Source: Selaginella moellendorffii
Taxonomy: Eukaryota > Plantae > Lycopodiophyta
DNA: 64,000 nt
Assembly: GCF_000143415.4 (NCBI RefSeq)
Contig: NW_003314282.1
Location: 345,700 to 409,699, forward strand
Direction of reading: 5' to 3'
Part shown: positions 1-11,005 of the stretch, piece by piece
Numbering within the stretch: the first letter of the stretch is position 1
Layout of the letters: every line of letters starts with the position of its first letter
Translations under genes and position numbers: made by a program
The notes under the pieces: model-generated
Told to the model about the DNA's origin: nothing
What the model saw: the letters and a program-made list of their open reading frames with translations, nothing else
Databases searched by the model: none

Positions 1-173
1 CATTCTTTACAACTCGCTGGGGTAATAACGTGAACAACACAGGGAAAATAGAAGCTTTCGGGATGAGCACAAATGGATGCAATCCATTGAGGGCTTTTGG
101 GATGAGTATAGAAGTTACTCAAAAGGCAAAGTTGGAAGGTTTACACGTTTCAACTGTGGCATCTGGCAGCGCG

Positions 174-180
174 TATATAA
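174..180 (+). promoter_or_regulatory. TATA box upstream of GRP-like gene
   Basis: TATATAA ~105 nt upstream of ATG at 286. Confidence 0.55.
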
Positions 181-285
181 GCCGAGGCAGGCACTGCAAG
201 GCAAGGTATCTAGATCTCTTTCGTTTTTTCGCGTTCCTGGTTTCCACTCTAGTGTTTGCTCGATCGATTGATCGCTCTCTCGGCG

Positions 286-615
286 ATGGCTACTGCGATC
301 TCGCGCGCTCTTGTCATCGCGCTGCTGCTCGCGGCCGCGATGCTAATGGTCGTGGAAGGAAGTGCGAGGATGGCCGCCAAGAAGAATGCTGATCACGATG
401 GAGATGACGACGATCGGGAGTGGGACGAAATCCATGCTCAGAATCGTCACGACGATGACGATCCCCACCACTACTACCGCCACCGCCACCGCTGCCACCA
501 TGGTTACTGCCCGCACTATAGTTCTAGCGCTGAAACTGGCAAAGCTGGTGGAGCCGACGTTAACTCCAGTGGTGGTGACACCGCCGCGAAAGTCAACGCC
601 GAGGGTGACAATTGA
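286..615 (+). CDS. Small secreted His/Asp/Gly-rich protein (GRP/nodulin-like), 109 aa
   Basis: Signal peptide MATAISRALVIALLLAAAMLMVVEGSAR, Asp/His tracts, CHHGYC motif, Gly-rich tail; TATA upstream and AATAAA at ~661/673. Confidence 0.75.
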   Translation: MATAISRALVIALLLAAAMLMVVEGSARMAAKKNADHDGDDDDREWDEIHAQNRHDDDDPHHYYRHRHRCHHGYCPHYSSSAETGKAGGADVNSSGGDTAAKVNAEGDN

Positions 616-914
616 AAGTTACTCCGAAAAGTCAAGCCATGTACTGAGTTGTATATAGGGAAATAAACAATGAATAAAATCAACTGCGTTGCAATGTTTA
701 TCTTTATGGCATCTTGCTGTCCAGCATTTTATGTCAAGTTGCAAGTTTTTACATCGCCATTGTAGTCCAAATATTTATGCCATTCGGACTCTCAATAAAA
801 CCACAGATAAAAAAGAAGTTACAAGAGAGAACCACAGGAAAAGAAAAAAAAAAAACTCTCAAGAAGAGTGGAGAGAACCACAAGAAAATAAAATCGGGCT
901 CAATGACACTATCA

Positions 915-1265
915 ATGGCAATTCCTAATTCTCGTGCTCTTCTCCTTGTGCTGATCACTGCTGCCATTTAATAGTGACAGGAACTGCGAGGATGGTAATC
1001 TTCAAGCTCAAGACCACCCACACCACCACCAACACGCTCTTGCATTGGATGATCTTAGTGAAGCTCAACACGACTATAACTACTACTACTACCACTAATT
1101 ATGGAGGTGACGCCACAGCCACGGCAGCTACTACCATGGTCCTGCAATAAGAACGCCAGCGTCCACGCCAGCGGTACCGGTGGTCAGGCAGTCAACTCCG
1201 GTCGCCCCAATGCCAATGGCGGCGAGCAAGTTGCGTTGCGGCTGGCAAAAGTCAAACGGCGGGCT
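915..1265 (+). pseudogene. Degenerate tandem paralog of the GRP-like gene
   Basis: MAIPNSRALLLVLITAAI* then ..GTARM; CAC/TAC tracts; ctaccatggt, gtcaactccggt and aaagtcaa echo 286-615; stop/frameshift at ~969. Confidence 0.6.
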
Positions 1266-1351
1266 AGTCACTTGGTTTTGACTGTGAAAATAAATAATTT
1301 CAGTTCCGCGTCCCATTTCTCGTGATAAACGAGCGCGCCTGGAAGGACGGG

Positions 1352-1388
1352 ATATGCCACGTGGGCATATTCCTTGAGGAATATGCCC
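1352..1388. promoter_or_regulatory. G-box within overlapping palindromes; site-II TGGGCC motifs at ~1439-1451
   Basis: atatgcCACGTGggcatat; gggcatattcct-tg-aggaatatgccc 12-bp inverted repeat. Confidence 0.45.
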
Positions 1389-1527
1389 CAACATGCCAGG
1401 AATAAAAGGCTTTAGTATTTTAGGGTGGTCCAAAAATTTGGGGCCTGGGCCTCTGGAGTGGCGAGAGGGCAGGATCGAGCGAGAGCGAGCGAGCGAACGA
1501 GCGAGAATAGAGGAGTATCGAGGGGAG

Positions 1528-1962
1528 ATGCCAATAGCGCAGCGATTGAGGATCACCAAGAGCGACACGAGCGATCAAATTGCCTTGTTTGATCATGGCG
1601 ATGGCGGCGACAACAGTGGTAGGAGGCGATCGTTCGATTACACAAGCCTCAGCGATCTCATGTCCAGCCGCGTAAAGAAGCAGCAATCCCAGCACCAATC
1701 TCTCAAGAATCCCAGCCCCTCTCCAAGGATTCCCATCAAGAACAGGCTAGTGGAGCAGGCCGCCAAGGCCTACCTCCGCCCATCGTCTCCACCGACAGCA
1801 AAAGCGAGGAACTCCGCCAAGTGCTCTCCCTCGAGCTGCGCCTGGCGGAGCTACATCAGGATCCCGTTTGATGCCTGCCGCGCGCTCTTCGTGTGGCTGG
1901 ATCTTCGCAATCTCTTCCGGCCTCTCAAGTGGCAAGCGTTTGCGACGACGAGGATGCGATGA
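1528..1962 (+). CDS. Small uncharacterised conserved plant protein (YTSLxDL ... IPIKNRLVxQAAxAYL family), 144 aa
   Basis: Intronless ORF with motifs YTSLSDLM and IPIKNRLVEQAAKAYLRP recalled from a land-plant family of unknown function. Confidence 0.7.
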   Translation: MPIAQRLRITKSDTSDQIALFDHGDGGDNSGRRRSFDYTSLSDLMSSRVKKQQSQHQSLKNPSPSPRIPIKNRLVEQAAKAYLRPSSPPTAKARNSAKCSPSSCAWRSYIRIPFDACRALFVWLDLRNLFRPLKWQAFATTRMR

Positions 1963-2527
1963 GTCTCGACCGACGGCGCAAGAGTTTGATCGATCCAAAG
2001 TCGTGGGCTCACGAGGAAACCGCAGTGGAGGAGTTTTCCATCCATAGCTCTCTCGCTCGGCGCCGTCGAGGAGAAGGCAAAAGGTTGTCGTGTACAAAAA
2101 GACGTTTTCTCCTGTATAAATGGAAGCATTCATTAAATGATCACAGACTGTGTAGCGTGTTTTCTTTGCGGATCTGTTTCACGTACCTCTGAAGGAGTCA
2201 ATCGAAACTTCGCCAGAGCGTAAAAACCAAGTTTTTTCAGATCATCGCTGGAGAAGAAAGATCAAACTCTATAAACAAAAGAGCTTACACTCATTGGAGA
2301 TTCGCCTCAATGATCGCGCGCGCTGGAAAAACAATGGATTATACGACTTGTGGTAGCGTGAAAACTTGGAATCCCTGTTTGATTCACGGCGAGGTGTCCA
2401 AAAATCTTCAAGGCCCCTGTCACACCACACGAAACATTCAAGTCAATGGGACCCAAGACAGTTTAACAAAGTGGCACACCTCCAAAGCTCTGGCGAGAGA
2501 CGACGAAACCATCAAATCGCCGCGCCG

Positions 2528-3695
2528 CTACTTGGCTGCTGCTTGCTCGCTTTGGCTGCTGCTGTTTTCCTTGCTGCCACTGCTTCCAGAATCCAGATCC
2601 AGACCAGGAACCTCGAATCCACAGCCAAATCTGTCCACCTCCACCCGTAGCTCCATTAATTCGCTGCTGTCCTCTAGTCCCCCGAGAAACTCCCCGTGTT
2701 CTCTCTGCACGGGACGAGCTGTTTCGTGGCCGGTGTTCCTGCGGCCATGAAAGAATAAATAAAAAATACACTCCTATACGGCAACAGCGTTTTTGTTTGG
2801 ACTTCTCAGTTCTGGAAAACACTCCGGCTGCCTGGAACAAATGCGACGGTGCGTAAGTCACTGTTCGAAAAGGACTGCTGGTGCTCACCAGTGAGACCAA
2901 GACGCCGCCGCAAAAATCCCACTGCAAGAGATGGTTGCTTGTTCCATCTCTTGGGCGAGCCTGAGTGTTCTTCTTTACTTACCTGATGTAAGCTGCGTGC
3001 TGTTCACTTGCTTGAATGCGACTTGCCGCGCCGCAATATGATTTGCGAGGACAATCACAACAAACCGCGAGCAGACTTCGGCCTCGCGAGATTTTTCTTG
3101 CCGGTCGCTTTCCTCTTTGGTAAAAGACCATTCCTCCGCAGGGACCCCTGAGAGAGAGAGACTTTCATGCGCCATCAACGTAACAAAAAGTCGAAAAACA
3201 TAACGTACCTTTAAGACCAGCCATAAGATTAGCATGGATAAGCGCATCCTCGGCCAAAACTCGCAAGCTTTCTCCTCAGTCCGGCAAGCTCTCGTGAAAA
3301 AATCGATGCTCCAGACATCTTTTTGCCGCAAGTGTTGTATCTCCATGACTGAAATACATAAGTAGCAGTGGACTCCGAGTGAATGGACGAGAGAAACTCG
3401 TTCGTATAAGGTGCCTGCCAAGAGCTTCTTCTATCAGGTGAAGTTTTTGGATGAAATAAGTTACATACCTCTTCGTTGCCTGTTCTTCAGAAGTGTGGAT
3501 CATCCACACAAGAAAGCGGCCGATTCGCCCACACACCCCTGGATCATTGTGACAATGAGGAGAAAGTTCTAAGAGCATAGTTAACGGTGGCAGCATTCTT
3601 CTTTTGGCCGAGTTGTGAGCTCCTCTTCCCTGTAACTTGTGTAAAATGCGGCTGATCTTACGATCCCGGAGCCAGCGCCTCGCAAGAACCATCAA
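2528..3695 (-). pseudogene. Probable multi-exon gene or pseudogene of unknown product
   Basis: Several GT-AG pairs on the minus strand flank coding-like blocks (GVPAEEWSFTKEE..., EHGEFLGGLEDSSELMELRVEVD...); in-frame TGA at ~3276; no continuous model could be built. Confidence 0.3.
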
Positions 3696-3777
3696 TCCCC
3701 TTCTTGGAGCTCGTGAAAATCAGCCCTCCATCGCAGTGAGCGATCAATCCACGCTCTGGCGCTATCTTTCTTCCTCA

Positions 3778-3786
3778 AACCCTAAT
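3778..3786 (+). promoter_or_regulatory. Telo-box (AAACCCTAA) upstream of LIP2
   Basis: aaaccctaa ~20 nt before ATG 3807. Confidence 0.5.
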
Positions 3787-3806
3787 CCAAATATTTTCCC
3801 TCTAGA

Positions 3807-4520
3807 ATGAGAACGCTCCAGGTCTTGCGGGCGGGGACGATACCCTACAATCGAGCTCTGGCACTTCAGCGCAATCTCCACGAGCAGCGGCGCAGTGGCG
3901 GCATCGATGACACGCTCGTCCTGGCGCAGCATCCTCCCACGATCACGCTCGGCCGCCATACCCTAAGCCGCCACAGCCTCTCCGACGCCATTCTCACGCC
4001 CCAATCCGAGCTCCAGCGCCTCCAGATCGAGGTCCACCAGACGCATCGCGGCGGCGATGCCACATTCCACGGCCCCGGCCAGCCGATTCTCTACCCTATC
4101 GTCTCGCTCCGGGCGCTGGGGATTGGAATCCGGCTCTTTGTCGAGCGGCTGGAAGATCTCATGCTGGAAGTGGCGAGGGATTACAAGCTCCAGGCCGGAA
4201 GAATCCCTTCCCAGACAGGCTGCTGGATCGATCAGCGACGGAAGATTGGCGCGCTGGGGATCAGCGCTCCCCAGGGCGTGACGATGCACGGCCTGGCATT
4301 CAATGCCAACACCGATCTGGATGGATTTAAGCACATCGTCCCGTGTGGAATCCTGGACAAGGAGGTCACGTCGCTCGCTCGAGAGCTCGGGCAGGAGAGA
4401 GTGGATGAAAAACTAGTGGAAGAACAGCTCCTCCAAAGCTTCGTTCGTCTTATGGGCTACGAGAGAGTGGTTTCTACTGAAAACCTTGGGGAAGGGATTC
4501 GAACCGGGGACGTCCTCTAG
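3807..4520 (+). CDS. LIP2: Octanoyltransferase / lipoate-protein ligase B, mitochondrial type
   Basis: QHPPTITLG, RGGDATFHGPGQ..YPI, KIGALG, HGLAFN, IVPCGI LipB motifs; intronless, 237 aa; lacks a long plastid transit peptide. Confidence 0.95.
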   Translation: MRTLQVLRAGTIPYNRALALQRNLHEQRRSGGIDDTLVLAQHPPTITLGRHTLSRHSLSDAILTPQSELQRLQIEVHQTHRGGDATFHGPGQPILYPIVSLRALGIGIRLFVERLEDLMLEVARDYKLQAGRIPSQTGCWIDQRRKIGALGISAPQGVTMHGLAFNANTDLDGFKHIVPCGILDKEVTSLARELGQERVDEKLVEEQLLQSFVRLMGYERVVSTENLGEGIRTGDVL

Positions 4521-4566
4521 CTTACATAAATTCCCGCCCATTTTTTGAAGCTAGGGTCGAGTTGCA

Positions 4567-5606
4567 ATGCCTGGCAAGGTTGTGAGAATGGCGCCGCGGC
4601 AGCGGAAGAGAGAGCGCACGCCGGGGGAAGCTCTCGTCGATCGATTCCTGGCGCTGTGCTCCTCGGAAGATCGAGGTAAACTGCTGTTCAAGTTCTTGGA
4701 GCTGGAGCTCGCGGATTCTCGCAAGGAGGCCCGGATTATCAAGCGACAGATCATCCGGATGGTCCGCGACAAGATCCCGTATGCTCTCTTGTGAATCTCC
4801 TCTTTCACGACTGAAATTTGGGGGTGTTTTGGCAGCAAGTCCTCGCATCTGGCACGACACAGGTATGATCTCCATTCTTTCTTTCTGGCGCCATGGCTAA
4901 CGGTGCGATCGTCAGGAAGAATGTACCCAAGGCATCGCCGGAGGAGATCATGAAGGCAAGAACGCGAGAGGAGGCGGAAACCATCGAGAACCCCGATTAC
5001 CCCGACTGGTACTGTTTCAAACGATTTCATTGGGATGAAAACCTCTCCACTGCAGCCTTGATGACGAGGAGGACGCAAGGTTCGATGCCTGGTAAGACCG
5101 CGATTCGTAATAGGCAGACTATACAAATTTGATCCTTCTTTCTTTTTCCCTATATACTTTTCATTTGCTTGATCGATCAGCTATTGCCGTCTAAGCTGGA
5201 AAAGGCTGAGTGAGTTTGTCCGGCAAGAGAATCCAGAGCTCTACGGGAAACTCGATAAGGTGATACACGGAATGATAGGTGGCATGCCGGACAGCAACGA
5301 TTTGTACTACCACACCGAGTAAGGACTTTGCAATTTGATCAATTGTTCGATTCGAGCTCTTCATTTTGCAGCTTTTTTGAAGGACCAGAGGGACTGTACT
5401 CTGCCTACTGCTATCTTCACCTCATGTTTCACGGGTCACAGCAGCTGGAAGACCTTCGTCCGGCTCTGATGACGGCGTTGAGGAAAGATCTGCCAAACGG
5501 CAAGAACTTAACGGACAAAGGCGTGATGAAACTTTGCCTGCGTCGACTCAATGACCGCAATGCACTGATCTTCTCCGTCCGTCTGAACTCCAGTGACTCC
5601 CAATGA
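4567..5606 (+). CDS. Orphan 6-exon protein, 246 aa, basic N-terminus
   Basis: Exons 4567-4778, 4836-4862, 4916-5008, 5056-5091, 5181-5318, 5372-5606 joined by GT-AG introns give one open frame of 741 nt. Confidence 0.65.
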
Positions 5607-5675
5607 TCCCCGGGGTACGTTCTTACTTCCTTTGCCAGGAAGAAAAACTAATCGATTGTTTCTGCATCCTTCTCA

Positions 5676-5900
5676 CAGGCCGAAAATCGAATGGATCCAT
5701 CTGGAGGTAAGTTCTTCGCAATTAAACGAAGCTCATCGAATGCTTTGTATGGTTCTTCTCAGGCCGGGAATCGAAGTGGATCCATCTGGAGGTAAGTTCT
5801 TCGCGAAGCTCATCGATCTTTTTTCATGGTTCTTCTCAGGCCGGGAATCGAATTGATCCAGCTAGGTAGAGGTAAGTTCTGTGCAATTAAACGAAGCTCG
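5676..5900 (+). repeat. Three tandem ~80-nt units, each acceptor + ~29-nt micro-exon + GTAAG donor
   Basis: caggccg(aa/gg)aatcgaa...gatcca...gaggtaagttct repeated at ~5676, ~5760 and ~5837. Confidence 0.8.
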
Positions 5901-5943
5901 TCGGCTCACTTTTGCTTTCCCAGGGATTAATTTTCCAGTGTTT

Positions 5944-5974
5944 GCCACGTCATCTTGTTCTCTCTGCCACGTGG
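5944..5974 (+). promoter_or_regulatory. Paired ACGT elements (GCCACGTCA, GCCACGTGG G-box) upstream of GLDH
   Basis: Two GCCACGT motifs ~220-250 nt before the GLDH ATG. Confidence 0.45.
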
Positions 5975-6193
5975 TTTCTCGCGCATGCACATATAGCGAA
6001 GTTTTAAAGCCCTAATAGATTCTTGAGGTTTTGGCTATGGCGACGGGATTCCTGGAATGTAGGTACTGCTGAGGATGCGCGCGTCTGCTGAGGGTGATTC
6101 CATCAACTGCTAGCTTTTCCTCTGATCGTTCTCGCGGAGGTAAAAGTTTTCTCTCCTCTTCTTCTTGCGATTTAATTCTGGGTGCTTTCCAGG

Positions 6194-8502
6194 ATGAGGA
6201 GATCGGAGCTTTTTAAGCATGTTTTTGCGGCTTACAGGGCTCGCCTGGCTTCATCCGCCACTGGCGCTGGGATTCTACGCACTGAGTCCACTAGCTGCGC
6301 TGCTCAAGATGTTCTCCGGGGCCAGCTTTACAGGTTTCTCCCTTCCAGCAATCCAGGAACGCTTGGGTTTCCGCGAGGAATTAGTTCTTGCGCTACTGCA
6401 AAGCCCGATTCGAGCAAAAGATTGATTTCCGCGGTGAGACTGGGCACCGCTCACAGCAGCAACCTTCCTCCTTTGTTTGGGAATTCGTGGAGGTCTGTGG
6501 CAAGTCTTCCTCCGGTTGGCTCTCTCCCCAATTCCATACGCTACAGCTTATATGGGTTGCTGCTGCTAACGTGCGCTGTTGGGACGTACTATGGTACTCC
6601 GTGGTCTAGGACTCAAGAGGACGAGAGCATCACCAGCAAAGAAGAGGAGACCGTGACTAATTGGAGTAACACTCACGAAGCTCATCCGAGGTACTACCAT
6701 CACCCAGAGACCCTCTACGACTTGGAGAGGATTGTGAAGCTCGGGCATGTCACGACGAGGACCATCAGGCCTACTGGATCCGGCCTTTCGCCGAATGGAC
6801 TGGGATTCTCCAACGAAGGGATGGTGAACATGGCACTGATGGACAAAGTCTTGGTTGTCGACGCGACGAAGAAGCAGATAACGGTACAGGCAGGAGCTAG
6901 GATTGATCAAGTGGTGGAGGCCTTAAAGCCTCACGGGTTGACTTTGGAAAATTACGCCTCTATCAAGGAACAGCAAGTAGGAGGATTTATCCAGGTATAA
7001 TTTCTTATTGAGTTTTTCGACTTCCGCAAAGATAACACTCGAATTTTCCAGGTCGGAGCTCATGGAACTGGAGCAGCCATTCCACCCGGCGACGAGCGGG
7101 TGGTAAAGATGAAGGTTGTTACTCCTACCCGGGGGACGATCGAGCTTTCCGAAGAATCCGACCCGGAACTGTTTCATCTTGCTCGCTGTGGTCTCGGCAC
7201 ATTGGGAATCGTAGCTGAAGTTACTCTTCAGTGTGTGCCTGCCCACAAGCTTGTGGAGCAAACTCTCGTCTCCAACATGAAAGAAGTACGAAAGAATCAC
7301 AAGTAAGCTTACTTTTTTGGTTTACTCCTGACTTGCTAATTTGATTAAATGTCTTTTATAGGAAGTGGCTTCAGCAAAACAGGCACCTCAGATATATGTG
7401 GATTCCTTACACGGACGTGGTCGTCGTAATCCAGAGTAATCCTCTGCTTGAAGGCCAAGAACCTCCTACCGAGAAGGAGAAAGATGACGCTGGCAAAATA
7501 AAGTCGATGATGGACGTCTATAACGATATGGTTCGAAAGCGCGGGTATGTAGTACCAATATTTCAAATGGATCTTGTATGACTGTGAGCCGTTTTCTTCA
7601 GTCAGCCGGAAACGAAAAGTGAGATGCCCCCAAAAGTTAATGCCATGGCTGGAATATGGAGTGGCACTGCTGCTGGAAGCAAAGGATCTACCGGGACGGT
7701 ATACCAAGAGGCTATGACTTTCCCGGCAATGCGCGACAGAGTGCTGGCATTTGCACCTCTTGATCCCGAGCATGTCAAGCGCGTCAACAAGGCCGAAGCA
7801 ACCTACTGGAGACGAAACACAGGTTATCGCGTGGGCTGGAGCCACGAGATCCTGAGCTTCGACTGTGGTGGCCAGCAGTGGGTGTCAGAGGTTTGCTTTC
7901 CCGCGGGAACAGTGGACGAGCCCGACATGAGCGACATCAAGTTTATGGAGGAGCTGCTGGAGCTGATCAGAAAGAGAAACATTCCAGCGCCAGGGCCTAT
8001 CGAGCAGCGGTGGACTTCGAGTAGCAGAAGCTCCATGTCGCCAGCATCAGATCCTTCTCCAGATCGCTTGTTCTCCTGGGTAAGCAAATCTGATTTTTCC
8101 TTTCTTTCTCAAACTTGTTTGTTGTCCCATGTAGGTTGGAATCATCATGTACTTGCCGACTGAAGATCCTGCGCAGAGGCAGGCGATCACCGAGAGCTTC
8201 TTTGACTACCGTGGTGCTGTCCAAAAGAATCTCTGGGATCCGTATGGAGCGTACGAGCACTGGGCAAAAGTCGAGGTGCGTGACATTAGTTTTCAAAGAT
8301 TGCGATAGATCGATCACTCACTCTTCTTTACTTGCAGATTCGAGATAAGGAGGAAGCCGAGTGGTCCCGGGAGCGGCTCAAGAAGAGATTCCCCGTGGAT
8401 TCTTTCGTCAAAGCTCAGATTGAGATCGATCCCCGGGGAATCTTTACCAACGAGCTTATAGAGACACTCTTCCCGAAGTACCGCCATGTCCAAACCCAGT
8501 AA
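6194..8502 (+). CDS. GLDH: L-galactono-1,4-lactone dehydrogenase, mitochondrial (last step of ascorbate synthesis); multi-exon
   Basis: Arg/Ser-rich presequence, TM anchor, NWSNTHE, GSGLSPNG (Leu in place of the flavinylation His, as in plant GLDH), QVGAHGTG, CGGQQWVSE, PIEQRWT, EHWAKVE; short GT-AG introns (e.g. 6995-7051); probable 5' UTR intron ending at 6192. Confidence 0.95.
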
Positions 8503-8795
8503 GTAGATTTGCTGACAGAGAAACAAAGATGTGATAATAAGTAATAGTTAGAATTGTAGAAGTATAAGTATGGAACCTGCCTGATTATCGATCGTCAAGA
8601 CAAGATCCATCGAGAGTTTCAAAGCGAAACTTTTGTCGCTTGCTTTTTTGTTTGTAGAAGAAAAAGAAGTGTAAGTTCATACAAGCTGGTCGATCCAACG
8701 TATCCAGGGCTCTAAGATCAAGAACTCCACGGATTTTTCAATCCCCAAAGAATATTTAGCAGCGAGCTTATAGAGACACTAAACTAAGAAATAAA

Positions 8796-10943
8796 CTAAG
8801 GACTATTCGCATTTAGAGGGTGACGAATCAAGTTCATAGCCAAAACGTAAGCACCTCCATAGCCAGGATGAGATTTTACCATAAGCTTGGCTGTGTTGAG
8901 GCTGTGCTTTAGGCTGTCATGATTTCTACACGCCCCAAGGAGGCACATCCAGTCTAAACCATCAGCCGCAAACGGCATCTCATTGATCACCTCCTGGGCA
9001 TCTGTCAGATGCCCGGCCCTCGCTAGCAAGTCCACCATGCAAGTGTAGTGCTGCTTCGAGGGCTCTATGCTAAAGTCTGTGGCCATGGAAGTGAAGCACT
9101 GCATTCCTTTGACGAGCTTTCCTTGGTGGCTGCACGAGATCATGGCCATGGTGAAGTAGAAACCATCTGGGATCTCGATTGTGAGCATGAGCATGAGGTT
9201 GAGATCACAGACGAGCATAAACTCCCCCACCTGGAAGTAGGCATGGAGCATGATGTTCCAGATTACAAGGCTTTGGAGATGTGGGATTCGATCAAACAAC
9301 TGTCTTGCTTTTAACAAATGCCCTTCTTGGGCATATGCACAAAGAAGAGACGTCCAAGATACTTCATCTCTTTGGGTCATACTGTAGAAGAACGATTTTG
9401 CGTCTTTGATGTAGCCCATATGGATGTAGGCCGCGAGCATTGAGTTCCAAGTATAAATGTCTTGTGCCGGCATCTTGAGGAACAGGCACCGGGCATCTTC
9501 TAGATTCCCTGCCCGTGAGAAAGCGGCTAGCATTGTGTTAAAGGAAACCATGTCGTGCTGTGGCATCACTTCATTGAACACTTGTTTGGCTTCCTCCAGC
9601 TCCCCATTGTGAGAAAATCCAGCCAGCATTGCATTAAGAGCTGGTAGATCGTGGAATGGCATTTGCTTAAAGATAGTGGCAGCTTCAACCGGAATCTCAT
9701 GAAGCAGCATTGTGGTGCATGATGCTATATTCAGCCTTGGCATTTTACTGAAAGTATCTCTCGCAAGGCTCAGATTTCCTGCCTGTGCCACCGCTGCCAA
9801 GATCAAAGACATGGAAACCATGTTATGAAAAGGCATCTCTTTGTCAAACAAGTGTTTTGCCTCTGTCAAGCACTCGTTTTGGATGTACGCCGAGAGCATA
9901 GAGTTCCAAGAGACAATGTCCAGCTCGGGCATAGAGCCAAACACTTGCTTTGCTTTGTTGAGCTGACCACGTTGACCATACATTGAAAGCAACGAATTCC
10001 AGGAGACAACATTCCTCTGTGGCATCCGGTCAAACATTCCACAAGCATCCCGCTGATGCCCACTCTGGGCATACGCGGACACAATTATGTTCCATGTTGT
10101 CAAGTCCCTTACCGGCATTTGCCAAAACAAACTCTTACATTCCTCCAAATTGCCGGATTGACCAAATACGGTCAACATGGTGTTCCACGTCACGATGTTG
10201 GGAGAGTCAATCTGGTCAAAAGTGGACTTGGCCTTTTCAACGTTTCCCGCCTGGGCATACGCGGTCAACAAGGAGTTCCACGTCACTAGATTCCACTCGG
10301 GCATCTGGTCAAACACAGCAAAAGCGTCAACGAGATTCCAGGCCTCCACGTAAGCCGTCAGCAAGGCAGTCCATGAGATGAGGTCGCGAAATGGCATTTC
10401 ATCAAACACACGCTTTGAGCTCCGCAAATCCCCTTTCCTGGCATATGCTGTAAGAAGAGTTGTCCACAACACAATGTCCTTTTGGGGTATCTTGTCAAAA
10501 AATCTCTGGATTCTTTCCACGCAGTTATTGTGAGCTATCAGGAAAAACACTGTGGAAAAAGAGATGAGGTCGTGCTGTGGCATTTGATCAAATAATGTTT
10601 GGGTGCTTAGAAGATGCCCTGCACGGGCATATGCTGAAAGAAGAGCATTCCATGCGACCAGATTGGGCTGAGCCATAGCGTCGAACGTTTGCTTCGCAAG
10701 GGCCAGTTCGCCGTTTCTAGAGTAGGCATTCATCATTATAACCCAAGAATACGAGTTTCTTTGTCTCCCCAACCTGTCGAAGATCTCTCGGGCTTGACTC
10801 AAGCTCCCGACCCTGCCATGCATTTCAATCAGCTTGTTACCAACAAACGTATCGAGTGGGGCCTGAGATGAAGCAACGCGATCGTGCAAATCATTCGCCT
10901 CTACCAACGTCTTGCATTCCCTGATACTCTCTATGATCTCCAT
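8796..10943 (-). CDS. PLS-class PPR protein with E domain, no DYW, 715 aa
   Basis: About 19 ~31-aa repeats (FDxMPxxDxxSWNxMLxAYAxxG); HYTCMVDLLARAG...WMCLLGACR E-domain; intronless. Confidence 0.93.
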   Translation of the reverse strand: MEIIESIRECKTLVEANDLHDRVASSQAPLDTFVGNKLIEMHGRVGSLSQAREIFDRLGRQRNSYSWVIMMNAYSRNGELALAKQTFDAMAQPNLVAWNALLSAYARAGHLLSTQTLFDQMPQHDLISFSTVFFLIAHNNCVERIQRFFDKIPQKDIVLWTTLLTAYARKGDLRSSKRVFDEMPFRDLISWTALLTAYVEAWNLVDAFAVFDQMPEWNLVTWNSLLTAYAQAGNVEKAKSTFDQIDSPNIVTWNTMLTVFGQSGNLEECKSLFWQMPVRDLTTWNIIVSAYAQSGHQRDACGMFDRMPQRNVVSWNSLLSMYGQRGQLNKAKQVFGSMPELDIVSWNSMLSAYIQNECLTEAKHLFDKEMPFHNMVSMSLILAAVAQAGNLSLARDTFSKMPRLNIASCTTMLLHEIPVEAATIFKQMPFHDLPALNAMLAGFSHNGELEEAKQVFNEVMPQHDMVSFNTMLAAFSRAGNLEDARCLFLKMPAQDIYTWNSMLAAYIHMGYIKDAKSFFYSMTQRDEVSWTSLLCAYAQEGHLLKARQLFDRIPHLQSLVIWNIMLHAYFQVGEFMLVCDLNLMLMLTIEIPDGFYFTMAMISCSHQGKLVKGMQCFTSMATDFSIEPSKQHYTCMVDLLARAGHLTDAQEVINEMPFAADGLDWMCLLGACRNHDSLKHSLNTAKLMVKSHPGYGGAYVLAMNLIRHPLNANSP

Positions 10944-11005
10944 GTACTCTCATCATAAACTCTCGATAAGTATCAATCCAAAACAATGAGATACTATGCA
11001 CTATT

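Noticed and set aside
3276-3278. In-frame TGA between two open coding-like stretches (possible selenocysteine or read-through)
   Set aside because: Land plants lack Sec machinery, there is no redox motif or evident SECIS, and the gene model is unresolved; a pseudogene stop or missed intron is simpler
3807-4520. Horizontal transfer of bacterial lipB because the gene is intronless and has no obvious presequence
   Set aside because: The N-terminus resembles plant mitochondrial LIP2, which is similarly short; a plant telo-box lies upstream
5676-5900. Regularly spaced repeats resembling a CRISPR array
   Set aside because: Eukaryotic context, the 'spacers' are homologous to each other, the units carry splice signals, and no cas genes are present
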